DNA from: Patescibacteria group bacterium UBA6201
GTDB lineage: Bacteria; Patescibacteriota; Minisyncoccia; Phycocordibacterales; UBA918
Length of the DNA: 64,000 bases
Reading direction: 5' to 3'
NCBI GenBank assembly: GCA_002422025.1
Contig: DISV01000005.1
Span: 51,617 to 115,616, forward strand
The position numbers were made by a program, and so were the translations under genes. Positions 59,430 to 64,000 of the stretch are shown piece by piece (positions within the stretch are counted from its first letter, which is position 1; the number at the start of each line of letters is the position of its first letter). The notes under the pieces are model-generated. The model was given only the letters and a program-made list of their open reading frames with translations. It searched no databases and was not told the DNA's origin.

Positions 59430-59624
59430 CTGCACCCCAGGCCGCTGATTCCACAAGAATCGGCGGCTTTTTATTATTTTCACTTAAGCTAAATTGAACT
59501 TAAAGCCAAGTTAAAATAACTTTAAATAAAATAATGGAGAATGATGAACACGCCGTGTCCATCATTGTAGTTAAAAAACAAAAACTCCCGTAAGGGAGTT
59601 TTTGTTTAATTTTTTCAGGAAAAA

Positions 59625-59969
59625 CTAGATTTTAGTGATTTCAACGCGTGAATACTTCTGTCGATGTCCAATCTTTCGGTCACGGTTACTCTTAGCTTTG
59701 TAACGGACGATGGTGATCTTCTTACCTTTCTTAAGTCCTAGGTAGGTGGCGGTAACTGAAGCACCGTCGATGTATGGAGTACCGATAGTGGCAGCCTTAC
59801 CATCATCAGAGAGTACAACTTTATCAAAAGTAACTTTGTCGCCTTCAGCGTAGTCGCCCAAAAGCTCGACATCAATGATGTCGCCAGCAGAAACGGCGTA
59901 TTGCTTACCTCCAGTTTCAATAACTGCGAAGTCCGCACCAAGCTCCTTTTTAGTCACTTTCTTAGGCAT
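59625..59969 (-). CDS. rplU: 50S ribosomal protein L21
   Basis: FAVIETGGKQY, IGTPY, KIGHRQKYS. Confidence 0.96.
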   Translation of the reverse strand: MPKKVTKKELGADFAVIETGGKQYAVSAGDIIDVELLGDYAEGDKVTFDKVVLSDDGKAATIGTPYIDGASVTATYLGLKKGKKITIVRYKAKSNRDRKIGHRQKYSRVEITKI

Positions 59970-59996
59970 AGTGGCGATATCCTACCTCAAAGATGG

Positions 59997-60305
59997 TCAT
60001 TTTGCAATACTAGCCTCACCCTTCAGGCGCCTAGCCATAATTAGCCGAACCAGGCCTATTACTAACCCTATAAATGCGGCCCCTACCCCAATAGGCAAGG
60101 TAAACAAAGCAAACCAACCTGCTACAGACATAAAGTATAGTAATTCCCCTAAATCAGCACCTGCTAGTACACAGGGGTTGGTAAACCCTTCGTGTAATTC
60201 ACAGCCTAAAACATTGGCAACCGTCCCGGCTATCAGTAAAGAAATGATGGGAGATATGGCAAAAAGTATCCCGCCATAAATTAAAAATTTGACTAGCTTT
60301 TTCAT
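59997..60305 (-). CDS. Hypothetical membrane protein
   Basis: Two TM regions; GC.LHEG..NPC...G.DLG loop. Confidence 0.7.
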   Translation of the reverse strand: MKKLVKFLIYGGILFAISPIISLLIAGTVANVLGCELHEGFTNPCVLAGADLGELLYFMSVAGWFALFTLPIGVGAAFIGLVIGLVRLIMARRLKGEASIAK

Positions 60306-60329
60306 AGAGTGCTTTTAAGTTTTCTATAT

Positions 60330-61382
60330 TTAGTCGTCTTCTCCCTTGGTTGGTTTGTCGAGCGTCATTACCTCCACTCCACCAACTTCACCCGTAATGC
60401 GGGTAACGTCCTTGTCCATCTTGGCAAGTTCTTTGTAGCCGGCGTTGTAGTGGTTGACTGTAGTGGCGAGTGTATTTCCTAACTTTTGGTAATAGTCTTC
60501 ATATTTACCGATATGAATACCGAGCTTCTCGACATTCTTGATGATGTCCTTAGCTTTTTCCTCAATCTCCAAGGCCTTAAGTCCTTGGAGTACGGTTTGG
60601 AGGTAGGCTAAAAATGAGGTCGGTGAGACGATAATGACTTTGTACTTTCCGGCCGCACGCTGAATCAGGTTCTCTTCCCCACCAGTAATGTGGTTTGAAA
60701 GTAGGTCGTAATAAACACCCTCAGACGGAATAAACATAAAGGCAAAGTCAGTGGTCTTTTCTGTCGGGCGCACATACTTGGCGGTCTCAGTAATACGATT
60801 TTTAAGGTCGTTAATGAAAAGCTTCTCCAGCGCCGCACGTTCAGCTGGATCATGAGCTTCCACCAAACGGTTATAGTTTTCGAGCGAGAACTTAGAATCG
60901 ATAGGTATCACTTTATCTTTTACAAAGACTGCCGCGTCCACTATCTCACCGTTTTCAAATGCATATTGCATTTGAAAACTCCCTGGTGGCAGGACGTTTT
61001 GCAGTACGGTCTCAAGATAATATTCGCCAAGGATGCCACGCTGTTTAGGATTTTTTAGTACATCCTGGAGTTGGCGGAGCTGTTCAGCAAAACCCACCAC
61101 TTGGCGGTTAGTCTCACCAAGCTTGGTGAGGCCTTCAGTGACTTCACGAACGATTTTGTTTGATTCGCCGAGCTGAGTCTTAACCGATTCTTGAATAGCG
61201 CGGTTTCCCTCACCGAGTCGACGGTCCATCGTATCGCGCAAGGTCTCCATCTGCTGTTGGATAAACAAAAGTCCGTCTCGGCCATCGGTTTTGTCTTCGA
61301 CCTTTCTAAAGAAAGTGGCGTAGATTTGGATTAGTAAAACAGCCGCTAAGACCACTACTACAATGATTTGAATCGCTTCCAT
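60330..61382 (-). CDS. rmuC: DNA recombination protein RmuC
   Basis: NPKQRGILGE, IDSKF, DFAFMFIPSE, IVSPT. Confidence 0.93.
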   Translation of the reverse strand: MEAIQIIVVVVLAAVLLIQIYATFFRKVEDKTDGRDGLLFIQQQMETLRDTMDRRLGEGNRAIQESVKTQLGESNKIVREVTEGLTKLGETNRQVVGFAEQLRQLQDVLKNPKQRGILGEYYLETVLQNVLPPGSFQMQYAFENGEIVDAAVFVKDKVIPIDSKFSLENYNRLVEAHDPAERAALEKLFINDLKNRITETAKYVRPTEKTTDFAFMFIPSEGVYYDLLSNHITGGEENLIQRAAGKYKVIIVSPTSFLAYLQTVLQGLKALEIEEKAKDIIKNVEKLGIHIGKYEDYYQKLGNTLATTVNHYNAGYKELAKMDKDVTRITGEVGGVEVMTLDKPTKGEDD

Positions 61383-61449
61383 AAGGGGTATTTTAACACG
61401 TTCAATTCCCGCTTCTCCCCCGTAGGTTTGGTGTTATAATCAACACATT

Positions 61450-61905
61450 ATGTCATTACATTCCGATATCAAGGGCGAACTTAAGGAGGCGATGAAAGCT
61501 AAGGACGAAGTGCGACTTCGTACTGTCCGCAGTATGATGACGGCTTTTACCAATGAGTTAGTAGCCTCTGGTAAGAAGCCACAAGATGAACTAGATGACG
61601 CCGGTGCGCTCTCTGTGATTAAACGTCTAGCTAAGCAGCGCAAGGAGTCCATTGTGCAATTTGAAGCCGCTGGCCGAAACGAGTTGGCTGAACCAGAGAA
61701 ACTTGAGCTCGTGGTACTTGAAGGCTACCTTCCCCAAATGATGAGCCAGGAAGAAATCGAACCGATAGCTAAAGCGAAGCTCGCAGAAATGGGTATTACT
61801 GATAAGTCTAAAATGGGTGTTGCTATTGGAGTGGTCATGAAAGAATTAGCTGGCAAGGCTGATGGAGGTGATGTGAAGGTGGTGGTGGAGCGTTTGTTGG
61901 CGTAG
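61450..61905 (+). CDS. GatB/YqeY domain protein
   Basis: LKEAMKAKD, KQRKESI.QF..AGR..LA..E, YLPQ, GKADG. Confidence 0.92.
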   Translation: MSLHSDIKGELKEAMKAKDEVRLRTVRSMMTAFTNELVASGKKPQDELDDAGALSVIKRLAKQRKESIVQFEAAGRNELAEPEKLELVVLEGYLPQMMSQEEIEPIAKAKLAEMGITDKSKMGVAIGVVMKELAGKADGGDVKVVVERLLA

Positions 61906-61963
61906 GTTTTTAAATGCAAAATGCCGCGGACACCTTAGTGTCCGCGGCATTTTGAGTTGATAC

Positions 61964-62194
61964 TCAATGGTAGGCTTGTTTGCTGTCTCTCACGCCTTCA
62001 GCTTGAGCCAATGCGTCTGCGGCGGTGATTTCACCTTTTTCAAGTCGTCGACGAATTTGGGCAAAGTCTCCTGAAGTTGATGTCTCAGAGTCATTGGCCC
62101 CCATCGCGTGTACCTGAGCTTCTATGGCCGCAAGTGCAGCCATAGCCTCGTTTATGTTGTTACCTTTTGGTTGTTGTATTGTTTCAAAACCCAT
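61964..62194 (-). CDS. Small hypothetical protein
   Basis: ORF with TATACTAT-like -10 upstream and a shared terminator at 61917-61953. Confidence 0.6.
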   Translation of the reverse strand: MGFETIQQPKGNNINEAMAALAAIEAQVHAMGANDSETSTSGDFAQIRRRLEKGEITAADALAQAEGVRDSKQAYH

Positions 62195-62279
62195 ATGAAC
62201 AGTCTAACATAGTGTATTTTATAAATTTGCAAAACTAGGTATTTTGTTGTATAAAGAAAGCAGAGAGGAGAAAGCGACG

Positions 62280-62477
62280 ATGGATGATAAACGTCTCGAG
62301 TACCTAATGCGTCAACTGCGCGGAAAAATCCGTGCCGGGTGTTCTGGCACTTATCGCCACTTCGTGACACAGGTGTTAAATGAAGCTGGAGAGTACAATC
62401 TCCGACTTCGTGTACGTTACGCTATGGCTATGCGCAGGATGATTGCCACAGAGATGAATTCGGCGGGAACATACTAG
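62280..62477 (+). CDS. Small hypothetical protein
   Basis: GAGGAG upstream of ATG 62280; Arg-rich. Confidence 0.5.
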   Translation: MDDKRLEYLMRQLRGKIRAGCSGTYRHFVTQVLNEAGEYNLRLRVRYAMAMRRMIATEMNSAGTY

Positions 62478-62515
62478 TTCCCGCCTTTCCATTCTTTAGC
62501 AAGAAAGGAGCAGCT

Positions 62516-63064
62516 ATGTCGTTCATTGATATGGTCTCATATCGTCGGGCTTGCAAGGGCGCTGAAGAAGGTGTCGATTATGTGACACTAATGGAAGCAA
62601 TCTTTCGGATCTATGAAATGTGGCTCAAAGATAAAGACGAAAGGAAAAAGATTGACTTCCATTCGTACTTTGGCCTAACTACACTTGAACTTGGTATTGA
62701 AGATTTGTTCGAAGCCAAGAAGTACCGGAAAGCTTTTGCTGCGTACTTTCAGCCACGCGCCTTAATGAAACAGGCTGCGCTTCGCGAATTTAAACAAAGA
62801 ATTCCTGTCAAAGTACCGGAGAACAATGTTGAGTTCGCGAACTCGATGCGGGTCCGGATACGAATCAATGAAGCTGTGTCGCTTGAGTTTGAGGCGACTA
62901 GATATCATGGTCCGCTTAGTTGGCGGCACGTAGACGAGTGCTTCAAGGTGATTCGCTTCGGTGAAGGAATTATCTCTGATGAAGATCGTCATCATGCACG
63001 CAAGCAGGCGCTCCAGGTATTAAATAGTGTCCGGGAGCGAACGAACAAAAAGAGTACAAAGTAA
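62516..63064 (+). CDS. Hypothetical protein
   Basis: AAGGAG Shine-Dalgarno; 182-aa ORF with no recognised motif. Confidence 0.6.
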   Translation: MSFIDMVSYRRACKGAEEGVDYVTLMEAIFRIYEMWLKDKDERKKIDFHSYFGLTTLELGIEDLFEAKKYRKAFAAYFQPRALMKQAALREFKQRIPVKVPENNVEFANSMRVRIRINEAVSLEFEATRYHGPLSWRHVDECFKVIRFGEGIISDEDRHHARKQALQVLNSVRERTNKKSTK

Positions 63065-63286
63065 AAACGTCCGTCCATTCCTCGGGCTCACGCCCGGGGC
63101 ATTGGCGGACAGAACCGGGCGTTTTTTCTAGAATAGGAACATCCTCCGGATGTACAGCGGTAGCGAAGTACTGGCTGTTGCTAGTTCCGCTATCGTCGGC
63201 GATTCATCCCCGAGCTTATGCTCGGGGCATTCTCGCCGTGCGCTAGTAAAAGCGGGAAATGTATTTTGTTCCCGCTTTTTGTATAT

Positions 63287-63988
63287 CTAAACTGCTTCTG
63301 CGTCTTCGATTTTATAATCTCCTATTTTGGTGCGACGAAGAGATTCTAGTCTGGCTGGATATCCAAAATGACGTCCTAGTTCTTCTCCTAATGAGCGGAT
63401 GTATGTGCCACTGCCCACATGGAAACGTACTTTAATTAATACAGTTTTAGTTTTGTTATCATATATAATATCGAGAAGTTCGGCTTCATAGACCTTCATT
63501 TCACGGATGGGAAGTTCAGCCTCACTTATCATTTTCCCCACCCGCGCTGCTGCGCGGGCCTTTTTATAAAACGGCACACCATTTTGCTTGATAGCTGAAT
63601 AGGCGGAGACTGGGAGAGTTAGGGTGCCGACCATTGAAGCCAAGGCCGCAGAAACTATATCTCTAGAAAAAGTTTCCGCCGCTTCCTTGTCTGTAACTTC
63701 CCTCTCTTCTAATACCCTGCCATCCTTGTCCCCACTTTCTGTCTTCTGACCGATTAATATTTCAGTTATATATTCCTTGTCGAGTTTCGTGAGTTCAGTG
63801 AGACTTTTTGTACCTTCAGCGATTCCAATAATCATTAACCCAGACGCCAAAGGATCCAGGGTCCCAGCATGACCCATTTTTTTAATATTTAACTTTCGGC
63901 GTAATCGGCGAATAACATCAAAAGACGATATTCCAACTGGTTTATCGACTAATAGTATGTGTGGGGATGTGGGTATGTTCATCATCAC
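63287..63988 (-). CDS. truB: tRNA pseudouridine(55) synthase
   Basis: DKPVGISSFDV, GHAGTLDPLASG, YSAIKQNG, GTYIRSL, LRRTKIG. Confidence 0.95.
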   Translation of the reverse strand: MMMNIPTSPHILLVDKPVGISSFDVIRRLRRKLNIKKMGHAGTLDPLASGLMIIGIAEGTKSLTELTKLDKEYITEILIGQKTESGDKDGRVLEEREVTDKEAAETFSRDIVSAALASMVGTLTLPVSAYSAIKQNGVPFYKKARAAARVGKMISEAELPIREMKVYEAELLDIIYDNKTKTVLIKVRFHVGSGTYIRSLGEELGRHFGYPARLESLRRTKIGDYKIEDAEAV

Positions 63989-64000
63989 GGTACACGATAA

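Noticed and set aside
1-64000. tRNA/rRNA genes or alternative genetic code 25
   Set aside because: No cloverleaf or rRNA signatures recognised by eye, and conserved genes end properly at TGA. tRNAscan-SE or Infernal would be decisive.

Overview
A 64-kb chromosomal segment using genetic code 11 (TGA is a stop). It most likely comes from a Patescibacteria/CPR bacterium of the Parcubacteria type; this is inferred from gene style, leaderless -10/ATG spacing, scattered housekeeping genes, a giant surface protein and the presence of L9. Position 1-14 kb is a surface-glycan locus: glycosyltransferases, FkbM, a His-type 3-dehydratase, rfbG/rfbF, a split transketolase, wzx, fcl, gmd and an O-antigen-ligase/TPR protein. 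Housekeeping and cell-wall genes follow (murB, secA, obgE, gatB, scpB, dac, mraY, ftsW, murG, gltX, M23 peptidase, xer, murI, rpmA, rplI, ctpA, cysS, dnaB, recR, rplU, rmuC, truB), plus a 3120-aa tail-fibre-like adhesin. Main finding: three unrelated genes (O-antigen ligase, murG, rplI) each have a short element inserted exactly at the start codon. Each element is bounded by CCGTTAGA...TCTAACGG inverted ends and a duplicated ATGA(A/G). One carries a GIY-YIG nuclease, and all three contain mini-ORFs that end at or just before the host ATG. Also seen: a family of ~120-nt bulged hairpins with apical CGTA/TACG stems, CTAG-delimited hairpin clusters, and several small ORFs missing from the track (histone-H1-like protein, a CxxCEG peptide). 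No rRNA, tRNA or CRISPR array was recognised. All calls are by eye; no database search was run.
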